A DNA stretch of 54,865 nt, counting the filler, from Jimgerdemannia flammicorona (Eukaryota): the NCBI GenBank assembly GCA_003990765.1. It is 3 parts of 3 records of this genome, joined end to end, with 100 filler letters (N's around TTAATTAATTAA, not from the genome) between each part and the next. Parts side by side here need not be neighbours in the genome. Positions count along the whole stretch, not along the records: positions 1 to 18,222 come from RBNJ01002257.1; positions 18,323 to 36,544 come from RBNJ01002258.1; 1 more part is not named here. One strand, 5' to 3'. The position numbers and the translations under genes are program-made. Below are positions 11,871-25,847 of this stretch, piece by piece. Every line of letters begins with the position of its first letter. The first letter of the stretch is position 1. The notes beneath the pieces are model-generated. The model was not told the origin of the DNA, did no database searches, and was given only the letters and a program-made list of their open reading frames with translations.

Positions 11871-14800
11871 ACCCCCTCCCCCAGACCTCAGAATCTCAGA
11901 CTCGAATACACAAGAACATTCCTGAATACTTCCCCACAATACCCCTTCACACAACTACTCCTAGTACAGCAATATCATGAATAGCGAATAAACCTATTTA
12001 ATAACCCATAAACTACTCTTAAGTAAATCTACTTCCCATTAGGTCCTACTCCTAACCCCATCACGAAATTTCCTAATTGGGTATTGTCTGCAGTGATACA
12101 CCAATTCAACTAAGCTGGTCTTAGTTTCTTGAACTTTCTGAAATACGGAAAATCCTGAACATCCAGAACAAGTCCGAAGAAGGACTTTGGTTGAGATGTC
12201 AACCTGATCTTGAAATCAATAAGCATAGAGGACATACTCCATATGAAATTGATCTTGACCATAAGAAAACAGTCTTCCAGAATATCCAGAACTTCCAGAA
12301 AACCCTTCTAGAACTACATAATGGCTACCCTAAAAAGTAACCCTCTTACACTTCTAGATATGGTTGCTATTTGATCAGGATATCTACAATGACTAGCATT
12401 TCCTTCTCATGGGTTATATAGTTAATTTTGGTATCATTGAACTTATAAGAATGATAGACTACAGAGTGTCCTTCTTGTATGAGCACTGCTCCAAGAGCTA
12501 GATCTGAGACATTAGTGATAACTTTATATAGTAGAGTAGAGTTTGCCACTTGAAGTACTGAAGTGGTTATCAAGATATCTTTTAGTACTTAAAAGGCTGT
12601 ATCTTGTTTGGGTCCCCTATTTATAAGATTGTTAAAGTCTTTTTCTTATTTCATGGTCCAGGGCTGTTCTTCTTTCTTACTATGCTTGGTCATTTAGGTA
12701 AGAGTGATAGTGATCTTGACAAAGTTGGCAACAAATCACTAGTAATAGTTTGTTAGTTCTAGAAATGATTAGAGGTCTTTCAACTTCTTGGGTCTGGGCC
12801 ATTCCTTAATTGCAGAGATTTTACTGGAGTCCACTTTGATTCTATTAGGAGTGACAATGTGTTCAAGAAATTGAATTTCCTTCAAGAGGAATTTACACTT
12901 GCTGAGTTTTGCAAAGAGTCAGTTTTCTCAGAGTTTTAATAGTACTAGTTCAAGATGTTTGAGATATTCCTTCAGAGTTTTGCTAAAGACTAGGATGTCA
13001 TCAATGTAAACAATAATGAATTTGTCTAGATATAGGTGTAGAATGATATTCATCAGGGTCTGGAAGATTGCAGGAGCATTAGTTAAGCCAAAGAATATAA
13101 CTAAGAACTTAAAATATCTATAGTAAGTTTGGAAGAGTGTTTTGTAGATATGTATCTTCTTCTTTTATGGCAATTTGCCAGTAACCATTCTGTAGGTCAA
13201 AAGAGCTCATGAACTATAGATTGGTAAGCCTATCAAATATTTCATCAATTCAGAATAGTAGGCAACAGTTCTTGATAGTTTGTTCATTGAGATCACAGTA
13301 ATCAATACATATTTACAGGTCTCCTCTTTTCTTGAACTAGTGCACCATAGGGTGATATATTGGGTCTAATGAATTCTTATTTTAGGAGTTTATTAATTTC
13401 TTTCTTGAGTACATCAATTTCTCTCAGAGATATGTGGTAGATTAACTTGAAGGCTGGCTTGGCATCTGGGATAGTCTTAATGGTATGGTCTACTGCTTAT
13501 TTAGATGATAGGCCTTTTGGAAGTTTCTTTGAGAATATGTCTCAGAATTTCTGGAGTAGAGGTCTAACACAGCTGTCAACTTTGGAAAAAATCTTCTTCA
13601 GGGTTCTCTGGTTCTTCTTTGGATAAGCAGATAGAGATAGCAAATAGAGGGCATTTCCTGGCTAATTTCTTAAGTTGTAGCTTATTGATGTGGGTGATCT
13701 TTAATCCAGAGTTACTAGAACTGAGTGAGTCCTTTTCACCTTGCAGTTTGAAGTTGTGGCATCCTTTCTTAATAGTCAGAAAATAGTTTACCCAATCAAT
13801 CATAAGGTTCTCTTATTTTAACCATGGGGTTCCAAGGATGATTTTATTGTCAGAAAGTAGTATAATTTGAAATGTAATATATACTCAGTAGTCACCAATT
13901 CAGAAGGGCAGATTGCAGACTTCCTTGCTAATAATATAAGAGATTTCATCAGCTGTAGCAACTGCTTAAGTCTATTGTACTGGAGAGGTCAGGACCTTGA
14001 GTCTATTAACTGTTTCATTATTGATTAAGTTGCCTGAGGCACTACTGTCTATTATAATCTTAATAGATGCTCAGTTGACAAAAGCTTGAAGTATAAGTAG
14101 TTTGTCTAATCTAATAGTAGTGATTTTGGTTATAGAAACTTTCTTTCTGTTGATTCTTCTTTGGGTCAGTTCATTGATACAAAAGAAGCAATTATTGATT
14201 ATTCAGGAAGAGTACATTCCAATACCATGGGGGTATTGGCCACTTAGTATAAATCTATCTTCAATTTTCTTCTTCTTTATTTATAGTAGGTTGAGCTGAG
14301 GTCTTATTTGATGAGCCAAATTCTCTGAATCCTTAGATAGTAGGCAGTAGTTCAGAGACTTTCTTGACTGTTAGAGTTGATTTGATTTTTTCAAATAGGA
14401 TCTGAGTAATGCAAAAATCAATAGAGATCTTGAAGGGTATTCTATTATGGTTTTGGATGAGAATAATGATTTTGCCTATATAATCCTCATCAATGACTCC
14501 TCTTTCTACTGAGAGTCCTTTCAATACTAGGCTGCTGTAACAGTATATTCTTCTAATATATCCTTCAGGAATTTGAATACTGATTCCTGTGTAGACTTAC
14601 TTAACTTCTCAGTTGGAAACTATAGCTTCTTCAGCTATATATAGGTCATATCTTACTGCTTTTTGACTTCCTTTGGTTGGGATCTTGGCCATTTGTCTTA
14701 ACTTGACAAAGTCCAGTATTTTGGTAGTCAGGTTATTGAGGTGATACAGAGTAGTAACAGTTACTTATATTGCTGTTCAGGGGTTTCAGTTAGGGTAGGT

Positions 14801-16732
14801 ACTAGTCATATATTCTGTCTTTCAGTAATAGAAGTATGCTCCACTTCTATGAAGTTTGTTTCTTTCTCCTTCAGTGAGTTTCTTAGCTGAGAGAGTTTAG
14901 GATTTTGGGGTGTCCAAGAGGTAGATGTGGAGAGAGCTTGGAATGCTTCATACTTGGGTTCTTCTTTCTTAGTTTAAGTTTTTTCTTATTGTTGAATTGT
15001 CTTCATAGCAGAATTGGTCTAGCTATTAGGATTCATTTGACCATAGTCTTGATTCTTACCAGGTACCATTATTAGTTATCACAACTAACTGGGCATTCTT
15101 GTTCTCAGATCTTTCTTATAAGTTACTCAGATAGTGCATTAAATAAATAGTCTGCTTTTATACCATTTTATGCTTTATCATTAGTGATATATCTTAGGCT
15201 AATGGTGTTTAGGAGTGACTCAAGTTTTGTACAGAAGGTTTTGAATTCCTCTTTGTCATATATATCAAATTTGAGATTGTGGAGTTTAACTCAAGATTCA
15301 GTAATTAGGGTTTTGCTGAAATATTGAGTAATTATGAGTTGTTTGAGTCCAGGGGCTACAGGATGGGCTTTATATTTTAGAGCATTATTTGCTGCATTTT
15401 GGACAACAACTGTAGGTCAGGTGTCCTATATGAGGAGTTTTTCAGGAAGAGTTTGTCACTATTCTTTGGCAGATCCTTAGAAGAATGTAATAACTTGATA
15501 GACATAGGCCATAGTAGTAGCAAAGAGTTGTTTCAGAGTGTAGTCTTGATTGTTTATCAGATGGTAGTTAGCAACTCACTCATTTGTCTATTGGTTGATC
15601 TCAAAATTAGTATCAACTATACTAATGAAGTATTAGACTTCTTGTATAGTACTATTGAAGGTAGGTAGGCTCAGATTTTTTATTGGTTGGATCTGTTTGG
15701 CTAGGGCAGTAATGGTTGCTGCCATTATAGCTACTTAGGCTATAAGGTCTAGAATCTGTTAATTTACTATATTATTTACTAGAGGCAGTTAGACTATTAA
15801 TAAAGGTATTACTAATATGACTTGAGATACTGGTATAGAGTATGATGGTGTTCCTTGAGTTTGTGTAAGTTGCTAAAGTAACTATTATGGATCTGGAGTA
15901 AGGGCTTGATAGATAACTGTCTATTGCTATGTAGAAGTGTTTTGTCCTAATGAAGGTGTATCTCCTTCAGTAGTATATCTAGGATCGAATTTACTGAGAT
16001 ACTCCTCCTCCTCTTGGCTTTAGTCACTGTATAATTGGGTTTGTTTGGTATCGAAGTAGATAGAATCAGTTATATATCAGATTTTGAATGGACTTAATTC
16101 AAAATTCAGTTCCGGTTCAATATTAGTCTTGGTTTCAGATAGAGTTGTAGCTGGGCCTACTTCTGGTTCAGAGTCAGATTATTGATGAAGAATTTCTCTT
16201 GCTTTTTCTTTAAGAATATAGTGGGCCTTGTAATTCTGGAAATAGTAATATAAGGCAGTCTTGGTCCTTGTATGGTGAAAGTTGGTAAAGTTGAGCTACT
16301 TGACTATGGAGGCTTGTACTTCATGAGAAACTAAGGCTAGAAAGACTACTGCTGGTTGTCCTAGGTCACTCAAGTTTGTGGAGCTGATAAAACTCTTATT
16401 GAGAAAAGTAAAGAAGGCTTTTATAAGACCTTCTTCATCTTGACTTATAGGGTATAGAGCAAAGAGTTTGGTGTATAGGGTTTTGCCTATCTGCTGATTT
16501 AATTAGAGTACTTTTTTTTGTGAATAAAGTCTGTTCCACTTATTATAGGTGTGGAGGTCAAATTGTCCTTGTATATCAGATTCAATTCTCTCCAGATTAT
16601 CAGATGGTTTGGGATAAATTCCAGTACAGAGATTGTGCTTTATACCAACTTATAGGAATTCTTGTAGAGATTTATAGTGGAGTGAGGAAGCATCTTGAAG
16701 CAGAATTGGATTGTAAATCACTACTACTAAGT

Positions 16733-17356
16733 TGTAAAAGGGTTACTTGTTAGGATAACTGTTATGTAGTTCTGGAAGGGTTTTCTGAAAGTTCTGAATA
16801 TTTTAGAAGACTGTTTTCTTAAGGTCAAGATCAATTTCATATAGAGTATATCCTCTATGCTTATTGATTTCAAGATTGGGTTGATGTCTCAACTAAAGTT
16901 CTTATTTAGACTAGTTCTGGATGTTCAGGATATTCTATATTTCAGAAAGTTCAAGAAACTAAGACTAGCTTAGTTGAATTGGCATATTGTTACAGACAAT
17001 ACCTAATTAGGAAATTTTGTGATAGGGTTAGAAGTGGGACCTAACAGAGAGTAGATTTACTTAAGAGTAGTTTGTGGATTATTAAATAGATTTATTTGCT
17101 ATTTGTGATATTACTATACTAGGAGTAGTGTGTGAAGAGATATTGTGGAGAAGTATTCAGGAGTTGTATTTGGATTATTCTTATCTGTTTAAGTCTGTTC
17201 AAGTCTGAGATTCTGAGGTCTGGGAGAGGAGATATTTATACTAATAGAAGGCTATCTGAACTATACTAAATATGGATATAACACTTAGTGTCTTACTGAG
17301 TTGAAATATAGTTATATAGTATAAGTGTGATCTGACATGTTAAGAGATCATCTGAC
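16733..17356 (-). repeat. Truncated 5' LTR of copy A (end of U3, R, U5)
   Basis: Aligns with the last ~620 bp of the solo LTR; followed on the minus strand by the degenerate PBS. Confidence 0.88.
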
Positions 17357-18189
17357 CCCTCTTTCTCTACTATCTTACCAGTCACAATGATTTGATAGAC
17401 AACTTTCTAAGTCTACTTTCTACAATTATTATCTCCTCTACCTCAGGTTGGTTTGCTGTATCTATTGCAGAGCAGTGGGAGGGGGGCAAAGGTGATGAGT
17501 TGCCCCTTTATCAGTGTCAGATTGGTATCTTCTCCACTTTTTTGCAGTTTCTGATACCTTTGGCTATATCTGGAGTATACTTATTTTGATATGACACCTT
17601 CTTTCTTTTACTGTCATCAACAAGATATTGTCTTAGTACATCATAGACTATATAGATAGTTGGCCAACCTTGGGCATCAAGTGCCCAGTGTAGGTTACCT
17701 ACAGGTCCTCGGTGTCTGTGGTGGGGCCCTCTGGCTTTGGCAAGCTTCTCAGTAAGTATGGTTCTGATATAGGTGACTGTTTTTCAGGTGTTGTCAGGAT
17801 GAGAGGGGAGATGGCCATCACAGATAGGAGGAAGGGTGATTATGGTGAATCAGTAGAGTGCCAGGCTGGGGACAGTCATCAGAGCTGGGGCAGGTGCTGC
17901 TTTGGTGGGGCCTTTTGATTGGTGCTAAGTGGTTAGGTAGTAGGTGACACTCTTGGCTTCTTTTGATAACTCAGCAGATTGGGCCCCAATTGTTGGGAGG
18001 GGTCAGAGGGCCTGAGGCTACTCATTTCAGGTATCTTGACTATACTTAACTAGAACTGAGAGCTGATATGGTAATGTAATTAAGGTCCATAGGCTTGAGT
18101 AGTGGGGTATTGGAGGTCTCCTCCTACCTCATGTATAAGTTCTTTACTCATCTCATCTGAGAGAACTAGGTTCTACTCACTATGAGGTA

Positions 18190-18191
<2 letters not shown>
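17357..18191 (-). mobile_element. Degenerate fragment, possibly the gag C-terminus of a second LTR retrotransposon family
   Basis: Minus-strand translation has PMDLNYI, a Pro/Ser-rich stretch and DAQGWPTIYIVYDVLRQY, compatible with a mutated zinc knuckle; CpG-depleted. Weak evidence. Confidence 0.35.
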
Positions 18192-18222
<31 letters not shown>

Positions 18223-18322
18223 NNNNNNNNNNNNNNNNNNNNNNNNNNNNNNNNNNNNNNNNNNNNTTAATTAATTAANNNNNNNNNNNNNNNNNNNNNN
18301 NNNNNNNNNNNNNNNNNNNNNN
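18223..18322. other. Assembly gap (100 nt) with artificial TTAATTAATTAA linker
   Basis: N44-TTAATTAATTAA-N44, preceded by a T-run at 18192-18222 that is probably another LINE tail. Confidence 0.97.
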
Positions 18323-18604
18323 TGGGGCAGAGGGGGGAGTAGGCAGAGAGAGTGTGCAAAATTTATGGTCTTCTACTAGCAGCAAGAGGTAGCCCTAAGC
18401 TATCAGTACTTAGGTCAGTAGATGGAGTTAGTTGGCAGAGTTGGTAGACACAGAGTCAGTAGAGAGAGCATGCAAAATTTGCAGCCCTCTGCTGGCAGCA
18501 AGGAGTGCCCCAAGCTATAAGTATCTGGGATAGGCAGAATAGGTAGTAGTACAGAGACAGCTCTAAGCTGCTAAGGAGTCTGGGGTGAAGGGTGCTCCTA
18601 GCAG

Positions 18605-18684
18605 TCAGAGGGTACTTCTGGTGGTCAGGAGGTACTTCTGGTGATCAGAGAGTATTTCTAGTGATCGGAGGGTACTTCTGGCAG
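18605..18684. repeat. 20-bp tandem repeat x4 (TCAGAGGGTACTTCTGGTGA-like)
   Basis: Four adjacent degenerate units, visible directly. Confidence 0.85.
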
Positions 18685-18876
18685 TCAAAGTCTATTATAA
18701 ATTCAGGCTCCATCACCAGTTCAGATCTCACAGGCACCCTGGCCCTACACTGCAGTACCACACTGACAGTACTGTAGAGTAGAGCCAAGGGGCTAGTAGG
18801 GCTCTGTATAATGACTAAGCTAGTACTACAGAAGAGACACTCAGCCCAACCCCCTATATAAGACTACTCAACTCAC

Positions 18877-21348
18877 ATAAAATAACTGTCTAACTCTTAT
18901 GAAAAATTGCCTAACCCTCATGAAAGATTGCCTAACCCTCACAAAAACTGCTCCACCCACTAGTCCCAGGTCTTGATGAGTCTATTATCTATTGTGAGTA
19001 TGATGACTGTTATATCTGAGCTCTTCTCAAAGGTAACAGTACCATGATAATTGTGTAGTTAGAAGAGGATAGCTGTGTTGGCTACAAATGGGACCCCAAA
19101 GCTATAGGTGAGATCATACTAGACTCCACCACTATCCTCTCAAGTTGGGCCCTTCCTTTTCAGAATATAAAATATTACCAGAGTGATATTGTTATCTATA
19201 TATGTGGGCAGAGAAATGTTATACCTGATATATCCTAATGTGATATAAGTATATAGTTGGGTAAACCCTTGGCCCAGGACCTCATACTGCCAGGCTATAC
19301 TGGTGAATGCCTACCCTTGGTCTAGCCCTGGGAGCCCTGGCTTAGAAACCTGCCAAAATAGATGGCAACTGATCAGTCCTTTTTATATATAGGGGAGCAG
19401 AAAACTCCTGGGCCACAAAAACCCCCCAGACTGTAGCACCTCAAAAAAGTAGAGCTCCTCACCTCATATAGCATGCTAAATTGTACCAAGAATGTACATA
19501 CAGCTATGCTGAGATCACCACCAAGCTGGCCTACCATATGCTCTACCAATCTACTCAAAGAACCCCAGATTATAGCTGCCATTGCCACATAGGCCATGTT
19601 ATGCTTGTGTACAGTTTGCTCTTTGATAGCACTTCTAAAGTTCCAGTAGGGGTACAGAATCTTATATATCTCTGGAATTATATCAAAAAAGAGTATATTG
19701 GCAAAAAGTGTGATTTATCTAGGAAGGAGTAAAAAAAAAGAGAGATGAGTACAGGAGATTTCAGAACTCTGAAACCCACCCTTCACCAGTATTACAGTAT
19801 ATCTGATTCCCATCCAAAACCTCCCTTCTTACTTTTTTGCCCCCTCTTTTCTGCCACCCAGTATTTGATATAATTCTTATAAATCTCATTAATATAGTGG
19901 TGAAGCTTGTCACCATAGAGATTCCTTACCACCATCATAACTACCTCTCTGCATTTATTAATAATGATATAGTTCTCTTCATCATTGGTTACTCCTGCTG
20001 GCCAATAGACTTCTTGGTTAAGAATGATTAGCTCTAATTCAAATATAGACCCCCAAGCCTTAATAACAATACTGGTACTGCTCATGCTGAATATCTTGCT
20101 CTCAAATTTCTCTATTTTATCAGATACCAGACATGGTTGAACTTAGGTAACTTTGAACTCTTCTTTCTAATAGAACTGAGCCCTGATCTAAGAGACTGAG
20201 ATAAGTATACAGATAGGTTGTATGTGGACAGGTTGTATGTAGATGGGTTACATGCAGACAGGTTGCATATGGGTAAGTTGTATGCAGATAGGTTATATAT
20301 GGATGTGGGTGTTTTTTAGAGGGAGACCATGTAAAAAATGAAATTAAATAAAATATAAAGATGGGTATTTCAGAAAAAGAGCATGAGTGAGTAAGTGAGT
20401 GAGCTGTATACTAATGAGTTGCATGCTGATGAGTTGTATAAGTTGTACAAGATTGCTCATGAAGGCTTGCTTCTGTTCCTTTTGAGACCTCTACCATATG
20501 ATGCATTGACTCAACAGCTCAGCCACCAAAGGCATGCCCTATAACATCTGCCAGCCTTTCTTCATCTTGACCAGATGTTGCAAATAAAGTCAGCAGATCT
20601 CACCATAAAGCTGTAGACCCTAAGAAAAGCATGAAGTAAATTGGATCATGCTGGGGAAATTTAAATAAACATAAGTAAATAAGTAGTAGCTGAGTGAGCA
20701 ACCTACATCTACTATTGGCTACTTCAAAAAGACTACTATATATATAGTTGTGAGGTCTATAAATTCTGAGGTCTAAAAGACTGCTGTGAGTTATTGCTGA
20801 AATTCTCCCTTATTCCTACTATTGCCACCACTATTATTACCACTATTACCACCACTATTGCCATTGCCATCACTACCACCATTACCACCACCATCACCCC
20901 TTTGGCTCTTGATAAGCAGCTTATGTACTGCTTATATAAGAAAGAATCTAACATTGTCAGTAGAGAGTGCATTTTCACCTTGAATACTTCCTCTTTTAAT
21001 GATTATTACAGAGTAAAAAATGAGTAAACTGGACCAATATACAAATTAAGAGCTGCCATTTTGTTTGCTTATAATGTGGTAGGAAAGAATAAAGAAAAGA
21101 ATAAAAGAAGAGAGAGAACAAAAGGAAAGGGTGATGTCACCAAAGTGTAGCAGAGAAAAAAAAACAAGAGCAAAATAAACAAAAGAAAGAGTGATATCAC
21201 TAAAGATTTCAATCCAGATGGATCAATCCAGATGGATTATTCTAGATGGATCAATCTGGATAGATCAATCCAGATCAATCTAGATCAGATCATGAGATCA
21301 ATCTGAATTGAATCTCATCCAGGTCAACTCTATCTATTCAGAGTACTA
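18877..21348 (-). mobile_element. Cargo-carrying repeated element D, copy 1 (heavily C-to-T mutated); left limit may extend toward the gap
   Basis: Reverse-complement homolog of 52247-54865 over its whole length; homology stops sharply at ...GAGTACTA (21348). Confidence 0.88.
18939..21006 (-). pseudogene. Mutated copy of the TET/JBP-like dioxygenase gene
   Basis: ORFs 19792-20085 and 19373-19597 match exons 3 and 4 of the gene at 52683-54761; start ATG changed to ATA; HTD changed to YID by transitions. Confidence 0.75.
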
Positions 21349-21392
21349 TCTATCTTTAATTCCTTTAATCTAACTCAAAATTATATATCACC

Positions 21393-23427
21393 TATAAGTA
21401 TACAATCTCTAAACCACTGAAATCACATATCACCCTCAGAACAAATTTAGAAATCATATATAAGATTATGAAGCTAAGTTAAATCAAAGTTATAGATCAC
21501 AAAGCTGAGTTAACTTAAAGTCATAGAATATAAGATTTATAAAAACATAATCTTACTAATTAGAACTAAAAGTATAGACTGAATATATAGATATATCAAA
21601 ATAAAGAACTACAATAAACTAAATAAATAACTATAACTCTTAAATATATATAAATATGACTACTGAAATCTACAATTATATCTATACTGATATTTAGAAT
21701 ATTATTATCAATTGAGTTATAGCTTTCTACTTCTTATGAATATCTATAGTCTAGTACTCCTCTATTTCATAAAAGTCTGATAGAATGCCCTGAACATACT
21801 TAGTAAAGTTCACTGAATTAGACAAATCTCAAGCTACTAGATCAGTTACCTTCTAGAAGATATAGTTAGCTATTACTATAATATAGATATTATCAAAATG
21901 TCTCAATATTAGAAACTCATTATGCAAATACCAAGAACTCTTCTATGAGTATAGCACCTTTATTCTCTACCTCTAAGTTACTATTACTGAAATAATTCCT
22001 ACTCTATCTTATAGCCAAATCAATGATATAGTATAAGAACTCAATTATAAATATACACCTAAACTATAGACAGACTCTTTCTGTACCCTGATGACCATAT
22101 CTTGCAAATATCTCAAGTTAAATATATCATAAAGGATATCTATAATATAATCCAATTTGATAATAATAAAGCAGAAGATAATTCCTCTGATACTAATATG
22201 ACCTCTAGCCAAGGATCTCTACTAACTCTAATTACTCCACCAATCTTACCAATAAACTTATAATAGTTTATAACTATCTATAAGATTTATTAGAATAATA
22301 ACTACTGGTATAAGTTTCCAATCTACATTTATATCTGATTACTTCAACTATAATGAAGAATCAGAGAATATAATCTATATCTCCAGACAACTCTCAAGAT
22401 TGAACTAACAACTCTACCTTCTAAATATAAATAAAATGAACTACAGCTATCAGTATACTATAACCCTACAACTTATAGCACTATAACTTATCAAAGATAT
22501 GCTAATAGTGAATCCAATAAAGGTAAAGACAATGTATCTCTTCTTTATCCATCAATACTCTATCTAGTATATAAGATAGATAATATCATTCTATGGGATA
22601 GTGATATGGTTTCAACTTACTACTATATAAATGAATAAGAAGATATTATCCAAGAACCACTCTTCTTAGATAACTACTTTATCAGAGATAATATCATTGA
22701 TGGTAATCCCATTGAAGAATATCCAGATAGCCTCTAAATCTATAGATAGCTTAATAGTCATTAGTATAGTTAGAATAATCTTATACTATATATATGACTA
22801 CATACTGACTCAGCAGTTAGATGATCTCTTGATATGTCAGTTCATACTAGTACTATATGACTATATTCTGATTTATCAAAGTACTAAGTACTATATCCAT
22901 ATTTAATATAGTCTAGATAGTCTCCCATTAGTATAAATACCCACTCTTCCAGACCTCAGAAATTTAGACAAAAATATAGACAATAAGTCAAGAATACTTC
23001 TCTATACAAATATCTCTTTATACACTACTCCTAGTATAGCAATATCATAAATAGTGAATAAACCTATTTAATAATCCATAAACTACTCTTAAGTAAATCT
23101 ATACCCTATTAGTTCTCACTCCTAACTAGATCTTGAAATTTTTTAATTAGGTATTGTCTGCAGTGATACATATACTAATTCAACTAAGCTGATCTTAGTT
23201 TTTTAAACTTTCTGAAATACAGAAATTTCTGAATCTCCAGAATAAGTCTAAAAAGGGGACTTTGATTGAGATATTAATCTAATCTTAAAATTAATAAACA
23301 TAAAGAATATACTCCATATAAAATTAATCTTAACCTTAAAAGAAAATAGTTTTCTAGAATATCCAGAACTTCCAGAAAACCCTTCTAGAACTATGTAACA
23401 GTACTCTAATAAAGTAACCCTCTTACA
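21393..23427 (+). repeat. 5' LTR of copy B
   Basis: Colinear with the solo LTR, with many transitions. Confidence 0.9.
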
Positions 23428-25847
23428 ACTTAGTAGTGGTGATTTAAATCTAATTCCACTTCAAGATACTTCCTCACTTTACTACAAATCTCTATAAGAA
23501 ATTTCTACAAGTTGGTATAAAGTCCAACCTCTGAACTGGAATTTATTCTGAACTATCTGATAATCTGAAGTGAATTGAACCTGATGTATAAGGACAATTT
23601 GACCTCTATATCTATAACAAGTAGAATAGACTTTATCTATAAAAAGAAGTACTCTAATTAAATCAGCAGATAGGTAAAATCCTATATACTGAACTCACTC
23701 TATACTCTATAAGTCAAAATGAAGAAGGTCTTATAGAAGTCTTCTTTATTCTTCTCAATAAGAGTTTTATCAGCTCTACAAATCTGTATAATCTAGAATA
23801 ACTAGCAGTTATCTTTCTAGTCTTAGTTCCTTATAAATCATAAGTCTCTATAGTCAAGTGGCTCAACTTTACCAACTATTACCATACTTAAACTAAGACT
23901 ATCTTATACTACTGTTTCCAGAATTACAAGACCTGCTATATTCTTAAAAAAGAAGTCAGAGAAACTCTTTATCAACAATTAGACCCTGAGTCAGAAGCAG
24001 GTCTAGCTATAACTCTATCTGAAACTGAAATCAATACTGAACTAGAACCAGCTTTAGATTTAAGCCTATCTGAAATTAATATATAACTGATACTATCTAC
24101 TTCAATGCCAAACAAATCCAACTACACAGGGACCAAAGTAAAGAGGAGAAGAAGTATCTCACTAAATTCAATTTTAGATATATTACTAAAGGAGATATAC
24201 CTCTCTTAGGATAAATATATTTATAGGACAATAGATAGTTATCTATCAAGCCCTTATACCAGACCCATAAAAGTTACTCTAGCAACTTATACAAACTCAA
24301 AGAACACTATTACACTCTACACTAGTATCTCAAGTCATATCAGTAACCCTACTACTAATAGTCCAACTACCTTTAGTAAACAATATGACAAACTAACAAA
24401 TTCTAGACCTTACAGCCCAGATAGCTATAATGGTAACAACTATTACTACCTTAGCCAAATAGACCTAACCAATAAAAAGTCTGAGTCTACTTATCTTCAA
24501 TAGTACTGTACAAAAAGTCCAAAGCTTTATTAGTATAGTTGATAACAATTTTGAAGCCACCTAATGGACCAACAAATGAGTTTCTGACTACCTCTTGACA
24601 AATAACTAAGACCACACTATCAAATAACTCTTTACTACTACTATAGTCTATATCTATTAAGTTGTTATATTTTTCCAAAGATCTGCTGAAGAATGATAGC
24701 AAACTCTTTTTAAAAAATCTCTCATATAAGATATATAACCTATAGTTATTACCTAAAATATATGTAGCAAATAATACCTCTGGATATAGAGACCACCCTG
24801 CAGCCCCTAGACTCAAACAACTCATAATTGCTCAATATCATAGCAAAACTCTAATCACTGAATCCCAAGTAAAACTCCACAACTTTAAATTCGATATATA
24901 TAGTAAGGAGAAATTTGAAATCTTCTATATAAAGCTTGAGTCACTTCTGAACACTATTAATCTAGGATATATTACTAATGATGAAGCATAAAATGATATA
25001 AGAGCAGACCATTTGTTTGATATACTACCAAAATAACTTATAAGAAAGATCTGAAAACAAGGATGTCTAATTGGTTGTAATTACCAATAATGATACCTGA
25101 TAAGAATTAAGACTATAGTTAAGTAAATTCTAACAGCTGGACCAATTCTGCCTCAAAGACAATTTGACAATAAGGAAAAATCTTAAACCAAGAAAGAAAA
25201 CCCCAAATATAAAGCATCTCAAGCTTCCTCTACATCTACCTCTTAGATATTCCAAATTCCAAACTCACATAGCTGAGTATCTTTAAGAGACTTACTGAAA
25301 GAGAAAGAAATAAACTTTAAAGAAGCAGAACATACTTCTATTACTGAAAGATAGAATATATGACTAGTGTCTGCTCTAATTGAAAACTCCAAATAACAAT
25401 ATGAGCAACTAATACTACTCTATATTATCACTAGACTTTGTTAAGTTAAGACAAACTGCTATGGCCCCAATTAAAGAAAGTCAAAAGCAGCTATATATGA
25501 TCTATATATATGTGGTTGAAGAAGCTACAGTTTGCAATTAAGAAGTCAAGTAAGTCTATATAGAGATTAGCATTCAAATTCCTAAAGAATATATTGAAAA
25601 AATATACTATTACAGTAGTCTAGCATTAAAAGAACTCTTAGTAGAAGGATAAAGATTATATAGATAAAATCATTATCTTCATTTAAAACTATAGTTGGAT
25701 ACTATTCAAGATTCCTATTAGTTACTATATTGCTCAGATCTTATTTAAGAAAATTGAGTCAACCCTGATAGTCAAGAAAGTCTCTGAACTACTGCTGACC
25801 ATCCAAGGATCCAAAGGATTTAGCTTATCAAATAAAGCCTCAGTATA
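21393..25847 (+). mobile_element. Gypsy copy B (5' LTR, gag, dUTPase), most mutated copy; interrupted by copy C and resuming at 36449-36521
   Basis: LTR 21393-23427 (TATAAG...CTTACA), degenerate PBS, gag and dUTPase ending TIQGSKGFSLS; sequence after 36448 continues the same region. Confidence 0.9.

Larger units (their letters stand above)
10289..12350 (+). mobile_element. Solo LTR (2062 bp) of the same Gypsy family, inserted in the RNase H region of copy A in opposite orientation
   Basis: TGTAAG...CTTACA termini; 5-bp TSD CTTCT at 10284-10288 and 12351-12355; the flanks rejoin into continuous pol sequence (compare ~49400-49425). Confidence 0.95.
6651..17356 (-). mobile_element. Ty3/Gypsy chromovirus-type LTR retrotransposon, copy A (both LTRs truncated, solo LTR nested inside)
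   Basis: Colinear with full-length copy C: chromodomain ~8630-8790, integrase, RNase H, RT with YIDDIL (~13000), protease, dUTPase (GVIDEDYIGKI in ORF 14333-14524), gag; PPT next to the 3' LTR. Confidence 0.92.

Noticed and set aside
18267..18278. TTAATTAATTAA as a biological motif (also 36589-36600)
   Set aside because: Centred in N-runs; an artificial six-frame stop linker.
18818..18827. TAGTACTACA as the far TIR of element D copy 1
   Set aside because: Only a partial match to the TAGTGCTCC terminus, no subterminal array, and the flanks do not form a TSD with 21349 onward.
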